Positions 42,323 to 51,932 of a DNA stretch of 64,000 nucleotides are shown here, in pieces. Origin of the DNA: an uncultured Pseudomonadota bacterium (GTDB lineage: Bacteria > Pseudomonadota > Alphaproteobacteria > Rhizobiales > Xanthobacteraceae); the NCBI GenBank assembly GCA_963782145.1, contig CAWAIV010000004.1, forward strand, positions 376,550-440,549, read 5' to 3'. Position 1 is the stretch's first letter, and the number at the start of each line of letters is the position of its first letter. The notes beneath the pieces are model-generated. The model was not told where the DNA came from and did no database searches. It saw only the letters and a program-made list of their open reading frames with translations. The translations under genes and the position numbers were made by a program.

Positions 42323-45300
42323 ATGTCAAAGCCCACCCGCGATTATTCCGAGACCCTGTTCCTGCCGCAGACGGATTTCCCGATGCGCGCCGGCCTGCCG
42401 CAGAAGGAGCCGGAAATTCTGGCGCGGTGGGAAAAAGCCGGCCTTTACGAGCGGCTGCGCGCCGCGGCCAAGCGGCAGACCAAGTTCATCCTGCACGACG
42501 GCCCGCCTTACGCCAACGGCAACATCCATATCGGCACCGCGCTCAACAAGGTGCTCAAGGACGTGGTCACGCGCAGCCAGCAGATGCTCGGCTTCGACAG
42601 CAATTACGTGCCGGGCTGGGACTGTCACGGCCTGCCGATCGAATGGAAGATCGAGGAGGAGCATTACCGCTCCAAGGGCAAGGCCAAGCCCGACCTCTCC
42701 GATCCCGCCGCCATGATTGCCTTCCGCCAGGAATGCCGCGCCTATGCCGAGCACTGGCTCAACGTGCAGCGCGAGGAATTCAAGCGCCTCGGCGTCACCG
42801 GCGACTGGGCGCATCCCTATACGACCATGAGCTTTGCCGCCGAGGCGCAGATCGCGCGCGAACTGATGAAGTTCGCCGCCAACGGCACGCTCTATCGCGG
42901 CTCCAAGCCGGTGATGTGGAGCGTGGTGGAGAAGACCGCGCTGGCCGAAGCCGAGGTCGAGTACGAGGACTACACCTCCGATACGGTGTGGGTGAAGTTT
43001 CCGGTTAGGCATTCGACCGGTGGCGGATCGAACACAAGCCGAGGCAGACGCGAGCCTCTTGAAGCTGAAAGGCGCTTCGGTGGTCATCTGGACGACCACG
43101 CCTTGGACGCTGCCAGGCAACCGCGCGATCAGCTATTCGCCAAAGATTGACTACGGTCTTTACAAAGTCACCGATGCGCCCGAAGGAAACTGGGCGAAGG
43201 TCGGCGACCGTCTAGTGTTGGCAGACAAATTGGCCGACGAAGTATTGAAGCATGCGAAAGTATCGAGCTTCAAACGAGTAGCTACAGTTTCGGTGGCCGA
43301 ATTACAGTGGAGTACGGTGCGCGCATCCGCTTGCCGGCAAAGGCTACGATTTCGACGTGCCCCTTCTTCCCGGCGAACACGTCACCGAGGACACCGGCAC
43401 CGGCTTCGTGCACACCGCGCCGAGCCATGGGCGCGAGGACTTCGACGTCTGGATGGAAAACAAAGCCGCGCTGGAAGCGCGCGGCATCGACACCGCCATT
43501 CCCTATACCGTCGACGAGAACGGCGCCTTCACCGCGGCCGCGCCCGGCTTCACCGGCAAGCGCGTCATCAACGACAAAGGCGAGAAGGGCGACGCCAACG
43601 AGGCGGTGATCAAGGCCTTGATCGACGCCGGCATGCTGATCGCGCGCGGCCGTCTCAAGCACCAGTATCCGCATTCCTGGCGCTCGAAGAAGCCGGTCAT
43701 CTTCCGCAATACGCCGCAATGGTTCATCGCCATGGATAAGGATATCGCACGCCATGGCGACACGTTGCGCGCGCGCGCCTTGCACGCGATCCAAGTCACC
43801 CGCTGGGTGCCGCCGCAGGGCGAGAACCGCATCACCGGCATGATCGAGAGCCGGCCCGACTGGGTGATCTCGCGCCAGCGCGCCTGGGGCGTGCCGATCG
43901 CCGTCTTCGTCAAGGAATTGCCGGACGGCTCGGTCGAAATCATGCAGGACCCCGAGGTCGAGGTGCGCATCGTCGAGGCCTTCGAGGCCGAAGGCGCCGA
44001 TGCCTGGTACGCGGCCGGCGCGCGCGAGCGCTTCCTCGGCAAGCGCGCCGGCGAAGCCTGGCGAAAGGTCGACGACATCCTCGACGTCTGGTTCGATTCC
44101 GGCTCCACCCACGCCTTCGTGCTCGAGGACGCAGGTCATTTCCCGCAGCTCGCCGGCATCAAGCGCAAGGCCGACGGCGGCGCCGATACCGTGATGTATC
44201 TGGAAGGTTCCGACCAGCACCGCGGCTGGTTTCATTCCTCGCTGCTGGAAAGCTGCGGCACGCGCGGGCGCGCGCCGTTCGACGTGGTGCTCACGCACGG
44301 CTTCGTGCTCGCCGAGGACGGCCGCAAGATGTCGAAGTCGCTCGGCAACCAGGTGTTCCCGCAGGACGTGATCAAGCAGTCCGGCGCCGACATCCTGCGC
44401 ATGTGGGTGTGCGCCTCCGATTATTCCGAAGACCTGCGCATCGGAAAAGAAATCCTCAAAGGCACGGTCGAAACCTATCGCAAGCTGCGCAACACCCTGC
44501 GCTGGATGCTCGGCAACCTGGCGCATTTCCACGACGAGGATCGCGTCGCGCTGGCGCACATGCCGGAGCTGGAGCGGCTGATGCTGCACCGGCTCGCCGA
44601 GCTCGATGGGCTGGTGCGGCGCGCTTACGCCGAGTTCGACTTCAAGCGCATCTTCGCCGCGCTCAGCGCCTTCATGACCGCGGACCTGTCGGCGTTCTAT
44701 TTCGACATCCGCAAGGACGCGCTCTATTGCGATCCGGCTTCCTCGGTCACCCGCAAGGCCTGCTTGACCGTGCTCGATCATCTGTTCCGCTGCACGGTGG
44801 TCTGGCTCGCGCCCATGCTGTGCTTCTCGGCGGAGGAGGCCTGGGCCTCGCGTTACGGCGCCGATGCGCCCTCGGTGCATCTGCAGCCGTTCCCCGAAGT
44901 GCCGGCCGCCTGGCGCGCGGATGAACTGGCCGAGAAGTGGCGCAAGGTGCGCATCGTGCGTCGCGTGGTCACCGGCGCGCTGGAGATCGAGCGCGCGGGA
45001 AAACGCATCGGCTCGTCGCTTGAGGCGCACCCGATCGTGCATGTGGCGGACGAAGATCTGTTCGAAGCCGTCGCCGACATCGACCTCGCCGAGGTCTGCA
45101 TCACCTCGGCGGCGACGCTGGTGAAGGATGCGGGCCCCGCCGACGCTTTCCGTCTGCCCGATATCGGCGGCGTCGCGGTCAAGCCCAATCTCGCCGAAGG
45201 CAGCAAATGCGCGCGTTCATGGAAGATCCTCACCACCATCGGCGCCGACCCCGACTATCCGGATGTCTCCCCGCGCGACGCCCAGGCGCTGCGCGAGTGG

Positions 45301-45327
45301 GAAACTCTGCGCAAGGCGGCGGAGTAG
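42323..45327 (+). CDS. ileS: Isoleucine--tRNA ligase (frameshifts near 43020 and 43316)
   Basis: [32 protein letters not shown] and C-terminal KCARSWK motifs. Confidence 0.96.
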
Positions 45328-45332
45328 CCGTT

Positions 45333-45747
45333 GTCGTCGCCGCGCAAGCGGGGACCCATAACCACCGGCCGTGAGATGAGGCCATGCCGTACTATGTCTA
45401 TATTCTTGCAAGCAAACGGCACGGGACATTGTATATCGGCATTACCAATAATTTGCGGCGACGAATGGAAGAGCACCGCCTTGGATTGGGGTCAAAATTT
45501 GTCCGGCAATATCGCGTCACCCGCTGGTCTATGTTGACGTTTTTGACGATCCCAGAGTCGGCCATCGTCCGCGAAAAGCGACTGAAGAGATGGAATCGCG
45601 ATTGGAAAATTCGTCTGATCGAAGAAGAGAATTTGGAATGGCGCGATCTCAGTCACCTTATTGGTTGAAGGGCGCCATGCCGTGGGACCGCCGTATCGCC
45701 GGACCGAGATGCTGCGGCGTATGGGTCCCCGCTTGCGCGGGGACGAC
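45333..45747. mobile_element. Candidate element: GIY-YIG nuclease gene bounded by 28-bp inverted palindromic repeats
   Basis: 45333-45360 GTCGTCGCCGCGCAAGCGGGGACCCATA versus reverse complement of 45720-45747 GTCGTCCCCGCGCAAGCGGGGACCCATA (27/28); interrupts ileS-lspA; mobility is inferred. Confidence 0.7.
45384..45668 (+). CDS. Stand-alone GIY-YIG nuclease family protein (UPF0213-like)
   Basis: YYVYIL...TLYIGITNNLRRRMEEH and AIVREKRLKRWNRDWKIRLIE motifs; about 49% GC by hand count. Confidence 0.9.
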   Translation: MPYYVYILASKRHGTLYIGITNNLRRRMEEHRLGLGSKFVRQYRVTRWSMLTFLTIPESAIVREKRLKRWNRDWKIRLIEEENLEWRDLSHLIG

Positions 45748-45750
45748 CGC

Positions 45751-46260
45751 ATGAAATACCTCTTCGGTCCGTTCACCCGCGTGGGCATGGTCGTGGCGCT
45801 CGTGGCCTGCGCCATCGATCAGGCCAGCAAGCTTTATCTGCTCAACGTGTTCGATCTCGCCGCCAACGGCCCCATCCGGCTGGGGCCGTTCGTCGATTTC
45901 ATCCTCGTCCGCAACACCGGTATCAGCTACGGCCTGTTCCAGGGCGCCGGCCCGCTCGGCCAATGGGTGCTGCTGGGGGTCAAGGTGCTCGCCGTCGTGT
46001 TGCTTTGGGTGTGGCTGGCGCATGCCCGCGACCGGCTCACGGCATTGTCGCTCGGCCTGATCATCGGCGGCGCCATCGGCAACGCCATCGACCGGCTGGC
46101 CTATGGCTGGGTCGCCGACTTCGTGCTTTTTCATGTGTCGACCGGCCAATGGCGCGTGAGCTGGTACGTCTTTAACCTCGCCGATGTCGCCATTGTTGCC
46201 GGGGTCATCGGCCTCCTGTATGATTCAGTGTTCAGGAACCGCGCCGCAAAAGCGCCCTGA
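45751..46260 (+). CDS. lspA: Lipoprotein signal peptidase II
   Basis: DQASK, NTGISYG, GNAIDR, VADF and FNLAD motifs. Confidence 0.95.
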   Translation: MKYLFGPFTRVGMVVALVACAIDQASKLYLLNVFDLAANGPIRLGPFVDFILVRNTGISYGLFQGAGPLGQWVLLGVKVLAVVLLWVWLAHARDRLTALSLGLIIGGAIGNAIDRLAYGWVADFVLFHVSTGQWRVSWYVFNLADVAIVAGVIGLLYDSVFRNRAAKAP

Positions 46261-46340
46261 TCGGCCGCCATAGTCCGCCGCAGATCGTGGGATTCCGTGA
46301 GAATCCGAACAGGTTGGAAGGCCGGGGGAGATTTCGAGCC

Positions 46341-47072
46341 ATGAACCCGCAAGGCCCGAGCAGATTGTCCTTGAAGGCCGCGCTCGCCGTTGCGCTGGCT
46401 TCCGCCGTGCTGGCCGTCCCCACGCTCGCGCGTGCCGGCGACGATGACAGCAATGTACCGCTCGACACCAAGATCGTGCGCAGCATCATGGAAGGCCTCG
46501 GCTTCAAGCGCCCGGGCGAGGCCGAGATCAACTACCAGGAACGCGCGCCATTGGTGATCCCGCCCAGCAGCGATCTGCCGCCGCCGGTAAATCCCGGTGC
46601 CGCCATCGCCAACAATCCGGCCTGGCCCAAGGACCCCGATGTCGCGCGCGCCAAGCTCATCCGCGAGCAGGCGGAGAACCGCGACGTCAATGCGGAAGTC
46701 GAGCGCGAGCAGAATCCGCTGCCGCCCGATCAACTCGCCCCCGGCGGCAAGGGTCGACGGACCGCGCGCCGCACCGTGGAGCCGGATGATCCCAGCGGCA
46801 ACAATAACGGCGATGACCATTACCGCATGTCACCGTCCGCGCTCGGCTATCACGGCGGGCTGTTCAGCTTTAGCAGCCTGTTCGGTGCCAAGGACGAGGA
46901 CGTGAGCGCCAAATTCACCGGCGAGCCGAAGCGCACGTCGCTCACCGATCCGCCGGTCGGCTATCAGACGCCGTCGCCGGAGCAGCCCTATGGGCTCGGC
47001 AAGGACAAGTCTACGCCGGTGGCGACGAAGTCCTACGACACGCATGGCGAGATTGGTGCCGACAGTCGGTGA
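46341..47072 (+). CDS. Conserved exported hypothetical protein
   Basis: Signal peptide; INYQERAPLVIPP and SLTDPPVGYQTPS motifs; precedes the M16 pair. Confidence 0.75.
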   Translation: MNPQGPSRLSLKAALAVALASAVLAVPTLARAGDDDSNVPLDTKIVRSIMEGLGFKRPGEAEINYQERAPLVIPPSSDLPPPVNPGAAIANNPAWPKDPDVARAKLIREQAENRDVNAEVEREQNPLPPDQLAPGGKGRRTARRTVEPDDPSGNNNGDDHYRMSPSALGYHGGLFSFSSLFGAKDEDVSAKFTGEPKRTSLTDPPVGYQTPSPEQPYGLGKDKSTPVATKSYDTHGEIGADSR

Positions 47073-47170
47073 CCGCGTTTCTGTTGCGGACCCGTATCGA
47101 TAACATTTTCCTGGGTGCCCGCAGCCCGCGCCCGCTGGCGGGCGTCCCAACCGAGGCATCGAGGTCCAAC

Positions 47171-48541
47171 GTGCACCCCAGACCTTTTGCTGTGCTGAGC
47201 GCGGCGGCGCTGCTCGCCGTCGCCGCTTTCCCCGCGGCGCGCGCCGAGACGATCGGACCGAAGATCGCTGACTACACGCTCGCCAACGGCCTCGAACTGG
47301 TGGTCATTCCCGATCACCGCGCGCCGGTGGTCACCAACATGATCTGGTACAAGGTCGGCGCCGCCGACGAGGTGCCGGGCAAATCGGGCCTGGCGCATTT
47401 CCTCGAGCACCTGATGTTCAAGGGCACTGCCAAGCATCCGGCGGGCCAGTTCACCCAGGTGGTGGCGCACATGGGCGGGCAGGAGAACGCCTTCACCACC
47501 AACGACTACACCGCCTATTTTCAGCGCGTGCCCAGCGATCAGCTTAAAGTCGTGATGGCGTTCGAGGCCGACCGCATGACCGGCTTGGTGCTCACCGATG
47601 CGGTGGTGCTGCCCGAGCGCCAGGTCATCCTCGAGGAGCGCAACCAGCGTATCGAAAACAATCCGCGCGCGCAGCTCGGTGTGCAGATCGACGCCGCGCT
47701 CTACCTCAACAGCCCGTACCATAAGCCGGTGATCGGCTGGCGCCACGAGATGGAGCATTTGAGCCGCGACGACGCCATCGCCTTCTACAAGCGTTTCTAC
47801 GGTCCCAACAATGCGGTGGCGGTGATCGCCGGCGATGTCACGCCCGAGCACGCGCTGGCGCTGGCCAAGGAAACCTATGGTAAGGTCAAGCGCCGCACCG
47901 ACCTGCCGCCGCGCCATTGGCCGACCGAGCCGCGTCCGGTCGCCGCGCGCACGGTCACTCTCGCCGATGCCCGCGTCGAATTGCCGACCGTGCAGCGCGG
48001 CTATCTGGCGCCGTCCTTCGCCACCGCCAAGCGCGGCGAGTTGGAAGCGCTCGAACTGCTCGCGCATATCCTCGGCGGCGGCTCCAACAGCCTGCTTTAT
48101 CAGGACCTCGTGGTCGACAAGAAGCTCGCGGTCGCCGCCGGCGCCAGCTACGACAGTTCCGCGCTCGCCATGTCGAAATTCTCGGTCTATGGCGCGCCGC
48201 GTCCGGGCGTGACCCTGCCGCAGATCGAACATGAGATCGATGCCGTGATCGCCGGGGTGATCGCCAAGGGCGTGACGGCGGACGCGCTGGCGCGCGCCAA
48301 GACCCGGCTGATCGCCGACGCGGTCTATGTCCTCGACAGCCAGGCCAGCATGGCGCGCTGGTACGGCACCGCGCTGATGACCGGCTCGACCGTCAACGAC
48401 GTCAAGCACTGGCCCGACCATATCCGCGCCGTCACCGCCGAACAGGTACAGGACGCCGCCCGCCAATGGCTCGACAAGCGCCGCTCGGTCACCGGCTATC
48501 TGATCAAGGACAAGCGCCCACAGGTGGAGAAACGCACATGA
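47171..48541 (+). CDS. M16 (pitrilysin) family zinc peptidase, catalytic subunit
   Basis: GLAHFLEHLMFKGT inverted zinc motif, NAFTT; GTG start with GAGG RBS. Confidence 0.92.
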   Translation: MHPRPFAVLSAAALLAVAAFPAARAETIGPKIADYTLANGLELVVIPDHRAPVVTNMIWYKVGAADEVPGKSGLAHFLEHLMFKGTAKHPAGQFTQVVAHMGGQENAFTTNDYTAYFQRVPSDQLKVVMAFEADRMTGLVLTDAVVLPERQVILEERNQRIENNPRAQLGVQIDAALYLNSPYHKPVIGWRHEMEHLSRDDAIAFYKRFYGPNNAVAVIAGDVTPEHALALAKETYGKVKRRTDLPPRHWPTEPRPVAARTVTLADARVELPTVQRGYLAPSFATAKRGELEALELLAHILGGGSNSLLYQDLVVDKKLAVAAGASYDSSALAMSKFSVYGAPRPGVTLPQIEHEIDAVIAGVIAKGVTADALARAKTRLIADAVYVLDSQASMARWYGTALMTGSTVNDVKHWPDHIRAVTAEQVQDAARQWLDKRRSVTGYLIKDKRPQVEKRT

Positions 48542-49869
48542 CGCGGCTGGCTGTTTCACTGGCGATTGCCGCGCTGGCGTTCCTCGCCGGTGCCCCTGCC
48601 GCCTCCGCGATGCAGATTGAGCAGATCGTCAGCCCGTCCGGCATCAAGGCCTGGCTGGTGCGCGAACACACGGTGCCGCTGGTCACCCTCAATTACGCCT
48701 TCCATGGCGGCTCCAGCCAGGACGAGGCCGACAAGGCCGGCACCGCCAATCTGACCGCCGATCTGCTCGACGAAGGCGCCGGCGACATCGACGGCAAGAC
48801 CTATCATGAGCGGCTGGAGCGCCACGCCATCGGTCTCAGTTTCCGCGTCGGCCGCGACTATCTGCGCGGATCGCTGCGCACGCTCAACGAACACCGCGAC
48901 GAGGCCTTCGATCTGCTTGGGATGGCGCTCGCCAAGCCGCGCTTCGACGCCGATGCGGTCGAGCGCGTGCGCGGGCAGGTGATGGCCGAGCTCACGCGCG
49001 AGATCACCAATCCGCGCAATCTGGCCAGCCGGCGCTGGTGGCTTACCGCCTTTCCCGACCACCCCTATGGCCGTGAGAGCCGTGGCGCCCTGGAGACGGT
49101 GCCGCATATCACCACGGCGGATCTGCGCGACTATGCCCGCCGCGTATTCGCGCGTGATGGGCTCATCGTCTCGATCGTCGGCGACCTGGATGCCGAGACC
49201 GCCGGCAAGCTGATCGATCGCGCCTTCGCCGCGCTGCCGGCGCATGGCGACTTGAAGCCGGTGGCGCAGGCGAGCCCGGCCGGGCTCGGCCGCCGCATCG
49301 TTATCAATCTCGACGTGCCGCAGGCGGTGGTGACCTTCGGCGGCCAAGGCATCGCGCGCAGCGATCCCGATTTCATGGCCGCCTATATCGTCAATCACGT
49401 CCTCGGCGGCGGCAGCTTCACTTCGCGCCTTTATCAGGAAGTGCGCGAGAAGCGCGGGCTCGCCTACGGTGTCTCCGACAGTCTGGTCTGGTTCCGCCGC
49501 GCCGCGGTGCTGATCGGCGGCACCGCCACCCGCGCCGACCGCACCGGCGATGCGCTCAAGATCATCGAGCACGAGATCAAGCGCATGGCCGCGCAAGGGC
49601 CGACGCCGGCGGAATTGGCCGCCGCCAAGTCCTATCTCAAAGGCGCCTATGCGCTGACGCTCGACACTTCGAGCAAGATCGCCGCCCAGCTCACCGAGAT
49701 CCAGGTCGACAATCTCGGCGTCGACTATATCCAGCGCCGCACCGGAATGATCGATGCCGTCAGCATCGAGGACGCCAAGCGCGTGGCCAAGCGCCTCTAT
49801 GGCGGCGGCCTTCTGGTCACCGTCGCCGGCCGTCCCAAGGGGTTGATTTCCGGCCCCATCGGCAATTGA
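48538..49869 (+). CDS. M16 family non-catalytic subunit
   Basis: No HxxEH; LGGGSFTSRLYQEVREKRGLAY; overlaps the upstream partner. Confidence 0.9.
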   Translation: MTRLAVSLAIAALAFLAGAPAASAMQIEQIVSPSGIKAWLVREHTVPLVTLNYAFHGGSSQDEADKAGTANLTADLLDEGAGDIDGKTYHERLERHAIGLSFRVGRDYLRGSLRTLNEHRDEAFDLLGMALAKPRFDADAVERVRGQVMAELTREITNPRNLASRRWWLTAFPDHPYGRESRGALETVPHITTADLRDYARRVFARDGLIVSIVGDLDAETAGKLIDRAFAALPAHGDLKPVAQASPAGLGRRIVINLDVPQAVVTFGGQGIARSDPDFMAAYIVNHVLGGGSFTSRLYQEVREKRGLAYGVSDSLVWFRRAAVLIGGTATRADRTGDALKIIEHEIKRMAAQGPTPAELAAAKSYLKGAYALTLDTSSKIAAQLTEIQVDNLGVDYIQRRTGMIDAVSIEDAKRVAKRLYGGGLLVTVAGRPKGLISGPIGN

Positions 49870-49912
49870 ACGGATTCTCCGTCGGGACCCCTGGGAACGG
49901 GAATCTATTGAG

Positions 49913-50006
49913 TTGTCATGGCCGGCCTTGTGCCGGCCATCTCGCTTAGGTAGGCACGGCCCAGCGTTCCTCAGCGGGATGCCCGCGCCAAGCGCGGGCA
50001 TGACAA
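49913..50006. repeat. GTC-tagged palindromic doublet (GTCATG family)
   Basis: TTGTCATGGCCGGCCTTGTGCCGGCCATC...GATGCCCGCGCCAAGCGCGGGCATGACAA; each arm is a hairpin. Confidence 0.85.
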
Positions 50007-50024
50007 TACAGAGGCAATTCATTC

Positions 50025-51335
50025 ATGCCCCTCCATCAATCCATCGCCAGCGCCCTGGAAAAGAACATCGGCCAGCAGGGCGTCGCCGACGGGGCGCTTG
50101 CCGCCATGCTGGAGCGCGCCGAAGGCGCGCTTGCGACCCTGCGCGCGCGCCATGCCGACGGTTCGCTGCCGCTCTTGCGCCTGCCGGCGCGCCAGGACGA
50201 TCTCGCCGCCATCGGCGAGGCTGGCGCGCGCCTGAGCGACGGCGCCAGCGATATCGTGCTGCTCGGCACCGGCGGCTCCTCGCTCGGCGGGCAGACGCTG
50301 GCGCAGCTTGCCTGGTACGCGGTGCCCGGCGCCGGGAGCTTGCGCGCCGCGCCGCGCCTGCATTTCATCGACAATCTCGATCCGCTCTCGTTCGAGGCAC
50401 TGCTGACGAGCCTGCCGCTCGCCACCACGCGCTTCGTCGCCATCTCCAAGTCCGGCGGCACCGCCGAGACGCTGATGCAGACCATTGCCGCGCTCACGGC
50501 GCTCAAGCAGGCCGGTCTCGACCCGCGCAATGGCTTCCTCGGCCTCAGCGAGCTGGCGCGCGAGGGTAAGCGCAACGGTCTGCGCGACCTGCTCGGCAAG
50601 CACCAGGTGCCGATGTTCGACCACGACCCCGGAGTCGGCGGTCGCTTCTCGGTGCTCTCCAATGTCGGCCTGTTGCCGGCATCTGCACTCGGTCTCGACA
50701 TCGCCGCCATCCGCCGCGGCGCTGCGGCGGCGCTGGCGCCGGTATTGGCGAAGAAATCGTCCGCCGAGGTACCGGCTGCGCTCGGCGCCGCGCTCGCGGT
50801 GGCGCTGGCCGAAGGCAAAGGCAAGAGCATCAGCGTGCTGATGGCCTATTGCGACCGGCTCGAGCGCTTCACCCGCTGGTATGTGCAGCTCTGGGCCGAG
50901 AGCCTGGGCAAAGACGGCAAGGGCACGACCCCGCTGGCCGCGCTCGGCCCGGTCGATCAGCACAGCCAGGTGCAGCTCTATATCGGCGGCCCGCGCGACA
51001 AGTTGTTCACCGTGGTCAGCGTCGAAAGTGCCGGCCTCGGCCCGCGCATGGACAGCGAGTTGGCGCGGCTTGCCGGCGAGCCCGGCTTTGCCGGTAAGAC
51101 CATCGGCGATCTGGTGGCGGCGGAAGCCCGCGCAACCGCCGAGACGCTGGCCAACAATGGCTGCCCGGTGCGCACGCTGCATCTGCAACGTCTCGACGAG
51201 GAAAGCCTCGGCGAAATGCTGATGCATTTCATGCTGGAGACGATTGTCGCCGCGCATCTCATCGGCATCGACGCCTTCGACCAGCCGGCGGTGGAAGAGG
51301 GCAAGGTGCTGGCGAAGAAGTATTTGACGGCCTGA
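50025..51335 (+). CDS. pgi: Glucose-6-phosphate isomerase (short type)
   Basis: GTGGSSLG, SKSGGTAET, VGGRFSV, QLWAESLGK and FDQPAVEEGK motifs. Confidence 0.93.
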   Translation: MPLHQSIASALEKNIGQQGVADGALAAMLERAEGALATLRARHADGSLPLLRLPARQDDLAAIGEAGARLSDGASDIVLLGTGGSSLGGQTLAQLAWYAVPGAGSLRAAPRLHFIDNLDPLSFEALLTSLPLATTRFVAISKSGGTAETLMQTIAALTALKQAGLDPRNGFLGLSELAREGKRNGLRDLLGKHQVPMFDHDPGVGGRFSVLSNVGLLPASALGLDIAAIRRGAAAALAPVLAKKSSAEVPAALGAALAVALAEGKGKSISVLMAYCDRLERFTRWYVQLWAESLGKDGKGTTPLAALGPVDQHSQVQLYIGGPRDKLFTVVSVESAGLGPRMDSELARLAGEPGFAGKTIGDLVAAEARATAETLANNGCPVRTLHLQRLDEESLGEMLMHFMLETIVAAHLIGIDAFDQPAVEEGKVLAKKYLTA

Positions 51336-51380
51336 CGCGGAACGGGAAAAACGGAGTTTGCGGCTGCGCCCGCATAAGCA

Positions 51381-51803
51381 ATGATCCCCGTCACCGATAC
51401 CATCGCGATCGACGAATCCGAGCTGGAGGAAAGCTTCGTGCGGTCCTCCGGCCCGGGCGGGCAGAACGTCAATAAGGTGTCGAGCGCCGTGCAGCTTCGT
51501 TTCGACGCGCGCCATTCGCCGTCGCTGCCCAATGACGTGGCGGTGCGGCTGATGCGCCTTGCCGGCAAGCGGCTGACCAAGGAAGGCGTCATCGTCATCG
51601 TGGCGCAGCGCCACCGCGACCAGATCCGCAACCGGGCCGAGGCGCGCGAGCGCCTGTTCGAATTGATCCGCGAGGCGGCGGTGAAGCCCAAAGTGCGCCA
51701 CGTCACCAAAGTGCCCAAGGCCGCCAAGAAGCGCCGGCTGGAGGGCAAGAAGCACCGGTCCGACATCAAGCGGCATCGGAGCGGCAAGCCGGGGTTGGAA
51801 TAA
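51381..51803 (+). CDS. arfB: Alternative ribosome rescue peptidyl-tRNA hydrolase
   Basis: SSGPGGQNVNKV motif and basic C-terminal tail. Confidence 0.95.
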   Translation: MIPVTDTIAIDESELEESFVRSSGPGGQNVNKVSSAVQLRFDARHSPSLPNDVAVRLMRLAGKRLTKEGVIVIVAQRHRDQIRNRAEARERLFELIREAAVKPKVRHVTKVPKAAKKRRLEGKKHRSDIKRHRSGKPGLE

Positions 51804-51812
51804 GCGCTTCTT

Positions 51813-51895
51813 CCGTAGCCCGGATAAGCGAAGCGAAATCCGGGGAACATCGTCACCCTCACCCCGCATTACGCTTCGCTTCATGCGGGCTACGG
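51813..51895. repeat. GTAG-type REP doublet (REPIN-like)
   Basis: CCGTAGCCCGGATAAGCGAAGCGAAATCCGGG...CCCCGCATTACGCTTCGCTTCATGCGGGCTACGG. Confidence 0.88.
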
Positions 51896-51932
51896 GCCTA
51901 AAATCACGGCGAAACAGAATCAGGCGCATCCG

